Shown here piece after piece: positions 24,075-37,173 of a DNA stretch of 64,000 nucleotides. Position 1 is the first letter of the stretch. Every line of letters starts with the position of its first letter. The notes below the pieces were generated by a model, which saw only the letters and a list, made by a program, of their open reading frames with translations, was not told where the DNA came from and searched no databases. The translations under genes and the position numbers were made by a program. Origin of the DNA: Octopus bimaculoides (taxonomy: Eukaryota); contig NC_068983.1 in assembly GCF_001194135.2 (NCBI RefSeq), positions 84,400,397-84,464,396 of the forward strand. Direction: 5' to 3'.

Positions 24075-26895
24075 TCTACACAGTTGGTAACCATTGGGTG
24101 ATGGCCATTCCAGTATAGAACTTGTGAGTGACTGTGCTGTCTATGTCTGCCAGTGGTGACAAAGCAAGTCTACTGAGACACAGTGTTACTTTCCCCAACA
24201 TGGGGGAGGAGTGAGAAAAGGTGCCCCAAACATTGCTTACTCGCCTTAAACTTGGCAGCGCACTGCAGCTGTCTGGTTATTCAGTAACACAGTCAAAACA
24301 TGAAGAAATCTAAGAATATTAACCTTGGTTCTTGGAATGTGTGCACTCTCCAAGACAGTCACTCAGTATCAGAACAAAAAACAGTACTGGTTGCTCTTGA
24401 ACTAAAGAAATACAACATTGTAGGATCATCACAGTTAGAAGAAAGTAATGGTGAATACATATTTTTCTGGTGTGGAAGAAATGAGAATGAACCACACCAC
24501 TCTAGTATTGGTTTTGCCATCAAGACAGTAATATCTAGATAGATCCCTTCTTTCTCTACCCAAAGGTATTTCTGGTTGCATCATGACACTAACATTGGAA
24601 CTTGATCACAACACTTGTACTAAGCTTATCAGTTACTATGCCCCAACCATGGCCATCACTGACCAGGAAAAGGATGAATTTTACAACCAACTCCATGATG
24701 TCATCTCCAGTTGTCACCATAGGGACAAACTTTTCCTTATGGGTGACTTTAATGCTCGCGTTGGTACTATCAGGCATGGGAGGGTGTACTTGGTTGCTAT
24801 GGTGTAGGTTGAATGAACTCCAGCAATCTGCGTGTGCTCTCCATCTACTGGGAATTCAGTCCCAGCATCACAAATACCTTTTACAACAGCAAAATTGTTG
24901 CAAGACGACCTAGATGCATCCTAGATCTAAGGATAGGCATCTCATAGACTATGTTATCACTAAGAAACAAGATATTAGGGACTTTAACATTACATGTTCC
25001 TTTCATAACACCTGCTATCTCTCTGACCATTCTCTTCTCTGAAGTAAGGCTACATTCCATCTGAAACACACAAGACTACAAAAGTCATCAGTGCTTAAGC
25101 ACATTGATGTTCTACCTTTGAAAACTTCTGAAAAGCAGGCTGAGCTCTCTATCAAGTTGGGCACTGCACTCAACACTGTCGATATCAATGATGGCATAGA
25201 ATCATCTTGGAAGGCTCTGCGTGATGCAACGCACTCTGCGTGATGCAACACACTCTGCATCTGTAGAGGTTCTTGGACTTCCTGTTCACGAACATCAAGA
25301 TTGGTTCAGCGATAACAACACAGATGTCCAACAGTTGATAGATAAAATAAACAGCCCTCACAAAACATGGATAAATGATAAGAGCTCATCCAGAAAAGAG
25401 AATGCCTATAAGAAATGCAGAGGCCAGGCCCAATGTGCTCCGAGACAGATGAAGGAGGCTTGGTTGTCTTCCAAGGCTACTGAACTCCAAGAAGCTGCAG
25501 ACAGAAAGGATTCTAAAGCCTTTTATGATGGCCTCAAGAAAGTGTATCATCCTCAAAAGCACAGTGTTACTCCTATTTTTTCATCCAATAGAGAGACCCT
25601 GTTAACTGACAAATCTGACATCCTGAAATGAGGGAAAGATCACTTCGAAGCTGTGTTGAACTCCACCTCAGACACTAATGATGATGTCATAATATCAGCA
25701 CTCTGAAATACCGGAACTGTTTCTGGAGTCAACCTTCCTGGAACAGATCTCTTCTGGTAAAGCACTTGGTAGGGATGCTGTCCCTCCTGAAATCTACAAG
25801 CATGGTGGATAGAAGCTTTTTAAGAAAATGCATGACTTCTTCATAAATATTTGGATGGTAGGCCATGTACCACAGGACTTCAAGGATACCTCAATTCAAC
25901 ATCTTTATAAGAATAAAGGAAACAGAAGTGTCTGTGATAATCATTGTGGGATATTACTGGTAAAATTCTTGCTTGACTCATTCTTGACAGGATCATCTAG
26001 CACATTGTAAATGATATCTATCCAGAATCACAGTGCGGATTTTGCTCTGGTCGTGGCACTATCAACATGATCTTTTCCCTTCAATGGGTCATGGAGAAGG
26101 TACATGAGAAAAATCAAGAGTTGTTCATGGTATTCTTTGACCTTACTAAGGCTTTCGACACTGTTAACCAGCAAACACTATGGAAAGTTCTGAAAAAGCT
26201 TGATATACCTGACAAGATATTGAATGTTATCATCTCCTTTCATGAGGGAATGAAGGCTGCTGTTGTGTCTGATGGGGAATCTTCAGCTTCCTTTGACATT
26301 ACAAATGCCACAAAGCAAGGTTGTATTATGGCATCTGTTTTGTTTACACTCTTCTTTTCAGTGATGCTGAGGTTTCTTTTGGTGACATACAAAGTGGTAT
26401 CAAATTCCAGTTTCAAACAAGTGGTGGACTATTCAATCATCAATGTTTCAAAACCAGAACACTGCTACACACCAGTATCATTCATGATCTACTTTTTGCA
26501 GATGATGCTGCACTAATAGTGATCTCCTTAAAGGAGGCTTAGGAACTTCAAGACCAGTTTTCAGCTGCATGTAAAGCCTTTAGCTTGACCATCTGTAACC
26601 TCTCAGAAATGGAGATAGCTCAGAACACCTTTGATTGTTGTGTCAAAATGGTAATAGAAACTTTGTTGCAAGCAGCATTAACAGGCTTTGGGGTGCAAGG
26701 CAAAGGAGAAAAGTGGCTGTAAATATACCACTTGTGCTGATCTTTAATCTTCATACTTGCAGCATCTGTGGCCTTCTTTGCAAATCATTGGTGGGACTTA
26801 AATGTCACATTTGACATGACATAAGCATTATGACTGACAAAGAAAGAGTACATTGTCAGAGCCTCATACATTGAAACCGATGGGAAAGTCCATCA
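24075..26895 (+). mobile_element. Near full-length RTE-BovB-like LINE pseudogene with an internal deletion
   Basis: 5' leader, then MKKSKNINLGSWNVCTLQD (APE start), MGDFNA, FFDLTKAFDTVN and FADDAAL, then a jump at about 26595 to the C-terminus (HTCSICGLLCKSLVGLKCH) and a tail next to (AT)n. Confidence 0.92.
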
Positions 26896-26976
26896 TATAT
26901 ATATATATCGTCTCCTTCATTGGACACTAAGCTCGGCTTGTGAAAACCTGTTGGGGCAACAAACACAGACACACAA

Positions 26977-27009
<33 letters not shown>

Positions 27010-27014
27010 CATAT

Positions 27015-27740
27015 ATACGATGGGCTTCTTTCAGTTTCCGCCTACCAAATCCACTCACAAGGCTTTGGTTGGCCTGAAGCTCTAGTAGAAGACACTTGAC
27101 CAAGGTGCCATGCAGTGGGACTGAAGCCAGAACCATGTGGTTGGTAAGCAAGCTACTTACCACACAGCCACTCCTACCCCTATAAATTCTAAATTCTAAA
27201 TACATAAACAACATTATAATGTGCTAATAAATAAATGAATCTGAACAGCACACTTTGAATATATATACATTCCTGGTAACTATTAAGAACATTCTGTCTG
27301 GAATCAGTATTGGAAAATGTTTTGCATAAGAAGTCAATGTAATGATATTTTTAAGTGTATAATTTAAACACATGATTTTTATGTTTGTACTTGAACTAAT
27401 CACCTGTCATGGCTCATATTATCTTTACTTTATCACAAGATGATTTTGTTATTCATGAGATTACTGTCAATCCTAAAAATAAACTTGTATGTGTATATAT
27501 CTATAAATATATAAATATACACACACGCACACTGAATCAGAACTCAATCTATATGAGTGTGTGTGTGCGTGTGCAAAGTTCAAGCATGGCTGTGTGATTA
27601 AGAAACTTACTTCTCAGCCATATGGTCTTGGGTTCAATCCCACAGCACAACACCATGGGCATGTGTCTTCTACAATAACTCTGTGCTGACCAAAATCTTG
27701 TGAATGGATTCGGTAGAGTCAGCTGAAAGAACCTCATCGC
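27015..27740. mobile_element. Inverted pair of family B SINEs (27015-27180 minus, 27580-27740 plus)
   Basis: Both match family B and lie in opposite orientation about 400 bp apart. Confidence 0.75.
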
Positions 27741-27770
27741 GTGTGTGTGTGGATGTGTGTGTGTGTGTGT

Positions 27771-27805
<35 letters not shown>

Positions 27806-29289
27806 AGTGTGTGTGCAAGTGTGTGACCTCAGATTGCTGAGCTTCACAGAGGAGATAACAAAAGACCAAAAGAATGGGGCAATTTGTTGTACTTGAGAAG
27901 AGCTGTCCATCCCTGCAAAAAAGTGAGGGCCTAAAAGCATACCACTTATGTCTGTGCCCCCACTCACAATCTGTATCATGTCAAGGCTCCCCCACATCTC
28001 ATCTTCTTGACATCCATCCCTCCTTTACCTTTCTAACTACAGTACTACTTCCTCTGTTGCTGGGATTATATAAGAGCAAAACTGCACATATTTCATCCCT
28101 ATTTTGTATTTATGCTACCAGTTATCTCCCTCCTTTGAACCACTTCCTTTGTCAACCATTCTGTATCCTCAACATAACCACTCTATTTTCAACTAAACAC
28201 TCTCTCATATCTGCTACTGATGATACCCACTCCCTTTGATTATCACTCACTATATTCTCAGCATGGTACTTCAGACCTCTATCTCTTTTCACTGCATTAT
28301 CTTCTCCATGGTAATACTTGACGTCATCTTCCTATTTCTCATCTATCAACAGTTCTGTTATAATGTTGCTCTCCAATTTCCTGCCACAGCTTCATGTACT
28401 GCCACCTCTTATCTTCACCTGCCTAGCCCACTCCTGTTTTCCTTTACCTTCCTTCTCAAGCTAGGATTCACCATTAACCTCACCTCCATCTATGTTCATC
28501 ATCACTGCATTCACCTCTGTCCTCATCGCTAGCCATCTGCCACTCTCCTTTCATACTCTCATGAATCTACAAATCTAACCATTCTCAGTTGTTTGTCCTT
28601 ATTCTCACTTCATCCACCTTCTTTGCACTTGTAGGTATGCCCTGAAAGTTCATCTCCACCATCCTCTCTCTCTTTCCAGTTGAGATAGCCATATGTCTGC
28701 TCTATAGAAAGACACCTGTTATCCATCTCTTATATTTTAGTTTCTCAACATCTGTCTAAAAGCTACCTCCCTCAGAATTGCACCTCCATTGTTGAGGTGT
28801 ATTGTTTTGTGAGATACTTAATGACCTCATTTGTGTTGGTGACATGAAAAAGCCTCCAGTGCACTCTATAATGTATTTGACATTAGGAAAGGTATTATCC
28901 AACCCATGCCAGCCTATAACATGGATGTTAAACGACGACGATGATGATGATGATATAAATAATTGTCACACAACTTATGTATGTGTGTGTGTGTGTGTGT
29001 ATAAACCAAATGACAGAGATGGAAAATGGAATACACAGGAAACTTTATTGCTCACAATGATCATTTTGACACATCCTGCATTGGTGGGAAGCTGTACAAC
29101 TAGTTGTGGTGCATCCGTCAGTGCAGAAGCGTCTTGTCAGATGACATAATAAGAGGCATCTCGTTAAATGAATTCTATTTTGCTCGGATTTAATACAGTA
29201 TGTTATTAGTGACCATGGGTTTAAGCTGTTGGGCAGGAATGGTGAGGGATGGATTCCATTCCAAAGTTATTGATACAGACAGGGAGTAA

Positions 29290-29395
29290 TTAAGAAAAAT
29301 AAGAAGAATAAGGAGAATAAGAAGAAAAATAAGAAGAATAAGAAGAAGAATAAGGAGAATAAGAAGAAAAATAAGAAGAATAAGGAGAATAAAGT
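29290..29395. repeat. Purine-rich minisatellite of AATAAGAAG/AATAAGGAG units
   Basis: Directly visible 9-12-nt units with higher-order repetition. Confidence 0.85.
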
Positions 29396-29594
29396 ATACA
29401 ATAAAGTAAAATATTAGGTGTGTCAGTACCCAGATATATTTTTCCTTTCTATCATTTGATTTATACATAACATACACTGAGGAATTCCTAAGGTAGATCC
29501 AGTGACAATTGTGCAATTACTGTGGATAACTCAGGTAGCCATAGGCAGTGAACATATTGTTATATTTCAGGATTTTTTTTTTTTTTCTTTTGCC

Positions 29595-29809
29595 AAATAA
29601 ACACATGTGCTATATATTCGTCCTTTGCTTGTTTATTACTGTTCTTATTTTAACTCGTGATCTCTTCAGCAACACTTTCTGTCTCTGTGAGTGCTCCTGC
29701 TCCGCTTAGTCCATTAGAATGGACTAAGATTTCTGGACAATGGACAGGAGTTAAAATAAGAACAGTAATAAATGAGTGAAGAACGAATATATAGTGCATG
29801 TATTTATTT
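29595..29809. repeat. Foldback element: 62-bp inverted arms plus an internal 11-bp hairpin
   Basis: The inner 25 bp are perfect (29632-29656/29748-29772) and the outer 37 bp have 8 substitutions. Internal CTTAGTCCATT/AATGGACTAAG at 29705-29728. Confidence 0.85.
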
Positions 29810-30100
29810 TGAAAAAAAAAAAAAATGACCATCCCAAAATATAACAATATCTGTTTCAACACACGGTTTCACATCAGGAATCTTGCAACACAAATTCATA
29901 AACATATATATACATATATAAAATTAATATAAACAGCCAGGTGCAATGTGATACCATAAAGGAAAAATTCAATCATCACTAAGTGTGACTTAGGGTTCCA
30001 CATTGCTAGAAATAAGAGTTAAAATACTCTTAATGCTGTGAGAGGAGTACAGAAAGTATACACACATGCTAACTGAGGCAGGAAACTACTTCATGACTGA

Positions 30101-30160
30101 CTCGAGGATCCCCAGACTGGATCTAGTTTTGCCTATGACTGTAGACATCATCAGCGAGGA
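30101..30160 (-). ncRNA. Degenerate hammerhead-like motif
   Basis: Minus strand reads CTGATGA-T-GTCTA(cagtca)TAGGC-AAAA-CTAG. GAAA appears as AAAA (a CpG-type change). Helices I and III are ambiguous. Confidence 0.35.
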
Positions 30161-32267
30161 CTGCTTGAATGATGCGTGATTGACTAATTCCCTCTGCCAG
30201 CATCTATGTATTTACCATAAAAATTTATGAATGATTTAGTGAAATGCTAATGCATATACTAAAAATTAATATAAACAGCCAGGCACAATGTGATACCATA
30301 AAGGAAAAATTCAGTCATCACTAAGTGTGACTAAGGGTGCCAGAGCACCTACATTGCTAGAAATATGAGTTAAAATACTCTTAATACTGTATGCATATAG
30401 CTAATCACTATACATTTAGATACTATTTATATTAGATATAACTAATTAACACACTTGAAATATTTGATTATTAAAATTGTTGATTCAATCTACTGTAGTC
30501 ACCTTATCAACACACAGGTAATTAACTTTAGAGCCATTGTTATTGCTTACTATAAGAATAATTCATAGCATCTAATAAGTATCAATGTCAGTAAGTATTA
30601 GCTTCAGTCTGATCATTGACATCAGCCACAATACCAGTTTGACTGGTGAGGTTTCTATCTTTTGTCACTAAAATCCTCTCTATGGTCATCATCATCATTG
30701 TTGTCATCCTTGTTGTCATCAGCAGCACCAGCACCAGTAGCATTCTCTATTCCACAGTTATATTGATATTATTGCCTTCCTATTCCATTTGCTTTTCTTC
30801 CTCTCCTACTGCTGATAATTATTGCTATGAATGGATGAATTAACAACTTATTTTTTCATCTCACTGCATGGATAGATAGTTTGCCTTATATTTGACAGCC
30901 GCTTTTTCTTCTATTCCTCTCATTCAAAACCTGCTTAGAAAAAGCTTTAACAAATATATAAATTGTCCTTCACCACCACCACTAACACACCATTTTTTTT
31001 GTTCCAATTTTTGTGATAATATTTTGCCATATTTACTTCACATTTTGCTTTCCTTGATCGTTTTTGTTATGGCAAAAATCTAGTCAGCTTCAGTGTAAAA
31101 GATCAATATCTTAAATTCAGCCATTCAAATGCTTTATTTTAATGTTTTTTATAGCCTCTAGCATAAATTGAGTCTAGAATATAATGTCCCAACTAGATAA
31201 GCCATAGACAAAAAATGTAATGTATCTGGCCTAAATTTTCGTAATCTCTCAACAAGATTGCACATCTGTTATTTATTGCTAAAAACAATAGTACAATGAT
31301 AATTTATTAATAAACCTAAAGAAAAATCTAGACTGCATAATTGCATGAGCAACACAATGGTTTTATGATAAAACAGTAAATGCTGATAGTATAAATTAAC
31401 AAGATAATCTTATGACCATATTAGATAAAATCAAATCTAGATAGAGGACAAGGGTATATCACATTAATTCTATGAAAGAACAGCAAACATAGACTGTACA
31501 ATCAATCCCCTAAACAACGGTGTCTAAACAATATAACACAGATGTTTCATTATTGAATGCCAAGTTTAGACAGTGTAAATAGAAAAGCTTGGTAACATAT
31601 TGTATAACTGACAAAGTATCATACAGTGTTTCTGTTTTAGAACCATGAGTTTAGACTGCATAATTGACAAGGAAACAGTAGGCTATTGAGACACTATTAA
31701 GTCTGTAGTTTATAATTCTGAATTTTTAGATTTTGTGAAGATAAACTTCATCATTTGTTTCTCTGTAACCTATAAAATTTGTATTGATTTTATAGGTTAT
31801 AGAGGATTAGGTAAGGAGTAAGTGAAGTATATGGCATCTTCACAATTTAAACACTTGTGAATCCATTTCTTATTTATTTTGTATTCTGTACTATTCCCTG
31901 ACAAAGGCACCAACCACTTTTGCTGAAGTTCAGTACTTGATCTGCTTAATCATGGAAAACAGATCTAAAAGGAAATCTGTGGAATTTGGTGGTTTATTCT
32001 GGAATAAGTTAAATCAAATATAATCAGCTTAAAACCTAGCTATATAACACAGACATTGTTATGTGGTTAATAATTCACACCCATGTGGTTCTGTATTCAG
32101 TCTCACAGAGTGGTATCTTAGGCAAGTATCTTTTAAAACAGACCCAGCTAGGCCAATGCCTTATGAGAAAAATTTGATAACTAAAAGCTGCATGGAACAT
32201 CAGGAATATATATATAAATACGTGTGTGTGTGTGTAAGAACTGAAAGGAAATGGGAAAAGGAGATTT

Positions 32268-33118
32268 TATATATCATCATCATCATCATCATTTAACATC
32301 CATTTTCCATGCTGGCATGACTTGGGCGGTTTTGACTGGAGTTGGTAATGCCAGGGGCTGCACCAGGCTCCATTGTCTTTTCTGACAGGGTTTCTATGGC
32401 TGGATGCCCTTCCTAATGCCAACCACTCCATAGAGTGTATTGGGTGCTTTTTATATGGCACTAACACCAGTGCTTTTACTGTGGCATCAGCACGAATGCT
32501 TCTTATGTGGCACCAGCCACCAGTATCAATTCTGCTATGACAGATGGGTTTTCTTGAGTACAGCAATGCACCACATATCTTGATCCTTAGTCACCTCCTT
32601 CCCAAGGCTCAGTGTCTTGAGATCAGTCTTCAATACTTTGTCCCATGTCTTCTTGGGTCATCCCTCTTCCATAAGTTCCATCCACTTTCAGTGATCAGCA
32701 CTTCTGTATTCAACTGTCTACATCATATGTATCACATGATCAAACTAGTGCAGTCTTCTCTCTTGCACACTGCATCTAATTTCTCTTATTCTCAACATTT
32801 CCCTTAAAACACTAGCGCTCTGTTGCACATGTACACTGACATTGCACATCCAGCAGATCATAGTAGCTTCATTCCTCTCTAACCTTCATATGTTTTCTGC
32901 AATCAAGGCCCATGTCTCGCTACCATGTAGCATTGCTGTTTGTATACAATCTTCCTTTCACTTGTGAGAGACCTTTGATTGCCAACAGAGGTAAAAGCTC
33001 TGTGAATTGCCTCATATATTTTTATTCTAGCAATTACACTTTCCATGCATCCTCCCCACAGCTAATTAGGTCCCCTAGCTAGCAGAAATTATCCATTACT
33101 TCTAAAGAGCCTCCAGGG
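32268..33118 (-). mobile_element. 5'-truncated RTE LINE 3' end (same lineage as 2420-5460)
   Basis: The minus strand aligns with about 4380-5460 (thumb region, 3' UTR, (GAT)n tail). Confidence 0.8.
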
Positions 33119-33637
33119 CATATATATATTTAATTCGTCCTTAGTCGAAAGACACCTGTTGTTAATGTCCTTTATTTGCATTTGTATTTGTGTACCATTT
33201 CTTCATTTTTTTCCGCTCTTGTTTTCATATACATTCGCTGCTTTCTTCCAAGGAATCTAGTGCTCTTAGCTTAGTTTTTCTTTGGGGCTGGCCAGATTGG
33301 AGCAATCTCGAGTATAACCAGCCGAAATTGCAAAGATAATCTGGAACTCAACTGAAGAAAGAAAACTCCAAATGACCTGTCCTTGTTTTTTTGTATCGTC
33401 TGTCTGGATGTTTTATTGTCCCTTTTTTGTATTATCTAACTGTCTGAATGTTTTGCATTCTCCCATTTTTGGTAGTCCTAACCACTAAGCCATGCACCTA
33501 CACATATAAATGAATATAGGAATATATGTTAATGATTTTTATCAGGTAGTCAGCATGCTATAAAATATTTATAGGTAATTTATAAATGTATTTTATATAT
33601 GTATATTTATACATGTATTATACAGTCTGTCAGACGT

Positions 33638-33682
33638 AGGCCATGATGAATACCACAAGGTATTGAAAATACGTATTCGCCT
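33638..33682 (+). ncRNA. Variant minimal type I hammerhead-like motif
   Basis: AGGC-C-ATGATGA-ATACC(acaa)GGTAT-T-GAAA, palindromic helix III AATACGTATT, UUC triplet (C33678), then GCCT. The core has non-canonical extra or changed bases. Confidence 0.5.
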
Positions 33683-34309
33683 TTATATATTTAATTCTTT
33701 ATATTGAACACTCAATATTTCATATATTCAATAAGACATTCAATACTACATTTCATTGTACCATCCATTTTTATATTATATATTATATATTCCATATTCT
33801 ATATCCTACATTAATTTTACAAGAATATAAGTAAAACATAAAAAACAGACAGAGTTGGAACTCTTTTAAATAAAATAATATATTCCTCTATACACGATCA
33901 TACAAAACCTTTTTTTTGTATTTATTTTTACTCACATATATATATATATATATACATATGTATATAATTATTAATTTAATGTATGCATAAATATATTTAT
34001 GTCTGTATACATTTGAATATATACATATATATTCAAATATATAAGATTTGATTGGTAGAGGATAGCCACATGATTGGCCTTAGAAATTTTTGCACCCACT
34101 GTCACCAGTCAGGAATGTTTCTGTGTCCCTGAGCTCAGATTGATTGTCATTACATATGCTAGTTACCAGTTGCTGGGAGCCTGACAAGTGCTACTATTCC
34201 AGGTCAGAGTAAACCTGGGAACAATATTGACTAGGATGTAGTTCCACACTACTCGAAACTCTGGAACTTGCAAATCAGAGCCCCACTACCGATGCAATTT
34301 AAAGTCAGA

Positions 34310-34358
<49 letters not shown>

Positions 34359-35206
34359 NNNNNNNNNNTATAGTTATATATATATAGTTATATATATAGT
34401 TATATATATATATAGTTATATATGCACACACACACACACACGCACACACATGCATGCATATATACATTCATATACATACTGCTGCTGGTGAAATCAATGC
34501 TAGAACATATAAGGCTACAAGTGCTTTTGGAAAATTTTCTCATTATTTTTAAGATGAACATGGTGTTAGTTTGAAAACTAAAATAAGTGTATACAAATCT
34601 TGTATTTTGAGCATACTTTTGTATAGGGCAGAAACACTCCCTACTACAAACATATAAAGAAACTCAAAACTTTTCACATGTGATGTCTGCACACTATGTA
34701 CAAAATAAAATGACAAGATAAGATATCAAATGTCAAAATCTTAGAAAAATGTGATATCTTCAGCATCAAAAGCATCCTGCTAAGAATTCGGTGATTAGAA
34801 TTCAGTTCAAATGAAAATGATCACATTTTGAAAATTCTTTTGTATGGCCAACAAATAGAAGCATATCATGGTAAAGGAAGACCTATTCTTAAGGATAAGG
34901 ATAAGTTGAAGCAATCACTAAAATCTCTACAGCTTAATTTGCCATTCTGGGAAAGTTATTGCCTATATCAATATGCATGATATAAAATGTGTCAAAAGAA
35001 TTATATCCTTCAGTCAACAGACACATTTGTCCAACCCCAAATGTGTATATGTGTGTGTGNNNNNNNNNNNNNNNNNNNNNNNNNNNNNNNNNNNNNNNNN
35101 NNNNNNNNNNNNNNNNNNNNNNNNNNNNNNNNNNNNNNNNNNNNNNNNNNNNNNNNNNNNNNNNNNNNNNNNNNNNNNNNNNNNNNNNNNNNNNNNNNNN
35201 NNNNNN

Positions 35207-35257
<51 letters not shown>

Positions 35258-35665
35258 TGCAAGCTGGCAGAATCGTTAGCATGCTGGGCGAAATGCTTAG
35301 CAGCTTTTTGTTAACATGTTTGAAGCTTTAACTGGTTTCACAGTTTACACTGATTTTCAAAAAGTCCAATCGAAAGACATGGCTTTGTCACAGCTGTCTT
35401 GCTTCTGACTAGTGTTTGCCCTGTTTTAATTAGTATATGTTTTGATCAAGAATTGATTGGTAGAGGATAGCCACATGACTGGTCTTAGAAATTTTTGCAC
35501 CCACTGTCACTGGCCAGGAGTGTTTCTGTGTCCCTGTGCTCAGATTGATTTTCATTACATATGCTAGTTGCCAAGTGCTACTATTCCAGGTCAGAGTAAA
35601 CCTGGGAACAATACTGACTAGGATGTGGTTCCACACTTCTTGAAACTCTGGAACTTACAAATCAG

Positions 35666-35783
35666 AGCTGGAGGGTATATCAGCTGAAACGTGTTAATAA
35701 CAAACATGATGAGGACAAATATCCGTCTAATGTAAATAATGCAAATAACGTACATAATTCCTCATCTCTTAAATATAGAACTA
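35666..35783 (+). mobile_element. Probable Penelope-like terminal-repeat fragment retaining the 3' half of a hammerhead
   Basis: AGCTG(gagggtatat)CAGCT-GAAA-CGTG-TT gives helix II, GAAA and a short near-palindromic helix III. No CUGANGA upstream, because the fragment starts inside helix II. Confidence 0.45.
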
Positions 35784-36964
35784 TATGGTTGGTTTTATTT
35801 GGTGTTGCTGATATGAAGGCAGACAGTGGAGTTGGTAGTGTCACTTCAAGCCTGTTGTTATGGAGTCAGGTTTCTAGGTGATTTAAGTATTACTACAGAA
35901 GTTAAGTTTTACAAGAAGTGTCAAGAGAATTGTAGGAGGATGTGAATATGATGTCATTTGCATACCAGGCTGTGTATATGTGTTGCAGAGGTGTGGGAAG
36001 AATGTGTAGGTACCGATTGAAAATCGTAGGTGAGAGGATGGATTTCTGTGGAAATTGCAGGTTCTGGAAGTACTGTCCCAGTACACTTCATAGGCTTGGC
36101 AACCTGACAGATAGTTTGCTAGTTTTGTGGGGGGGGGGGGGTTAATTTTTCCTTTTTTCTTAAGTATTTTTGATAGTAGAAAATGGGAATGAAAGTGTTG
36201 CTAATGTCAGTGGTAGTTATTACAATAGTTACAATACAATGTAGGAGGAATTTTGTTGAAATATTCATGTATATTTGGTGTTAGTTTAATGAATAATGTT
36301 TTTGTGATTTAAATCCATGTTGTGACATGATGTGGGGGATGTGTGGATTAGTTATTTCAAAAATTAGCCTTTCTAGAATGTTTGAAGATGTTATAGGTAT
36401 GATGTTTATTAATCCTCTCACAACTGAAATCAGATATATCTGTTCAAAATTTTATTAATTTTAACTGCAGAAAGTGGTTTTATATACCAATCTATCATGT
36501 CATGTTTTTAAATTATTTTTTTGTTAAAATATGTCAAATTTACTGAGACAACATGTGTTGCAGAATATAGCATTTCTATCATTTGGTAGATATTTAACAT
36601 CATTACTGACCAGTGTTAGTGACATATAAAGAGTACCTGAGTTGGTGAAATGTAAAAAGCACCTGTGCCAGTGACACGTAAGAGGCACTCAGTACACTCT
36701 GTGGAGTGGTTAGCATTAGGAAGCACATCCATTAGAAGAAACCAAGCTAAGACAAATTGGAGCCCAGTGCAGTTCTCCAGCTTACTAGCCCCAGTCAAAC
36801 TCCCTTACCCATGCTAGTATGGAAAATGGATGTTAAATTATGATGACTGGAATAACCATGGAATTTAATTTTGCAGTTTAAGGGTTAAGATTTTTGTTGT
36901 GCTTTAGAATTGTTATAACTTTGTCTAGCTTCTGATTTTGGTAATTAACAATGTTGATATGAAT

Positions 36965-37142
36965 AGGCGTAGGAGTGGCTGTGTGGTAAGTAACTTGCTT
37001 ACCAACCACATGGTTCCAGGTTCAGTCCCACTGCGTGGCATCTTGGGCAAGTGTCTTCTACTATAGCCTCAGGCTGTCCAAAGCCTTGTGAGTGGATTTG
37101 GGAGACGGAAACTGAAAGAAGCCTGTTGTATATATGTATATA

Positions 37143-37173
<31 letters not shown>

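Noticed and set aside
27960-28790. Long pyrimidine-rich stretch with small ORFs
   Set aside because: Low-complexity strand-skewed sequence with no identifiable domain or splice structure.
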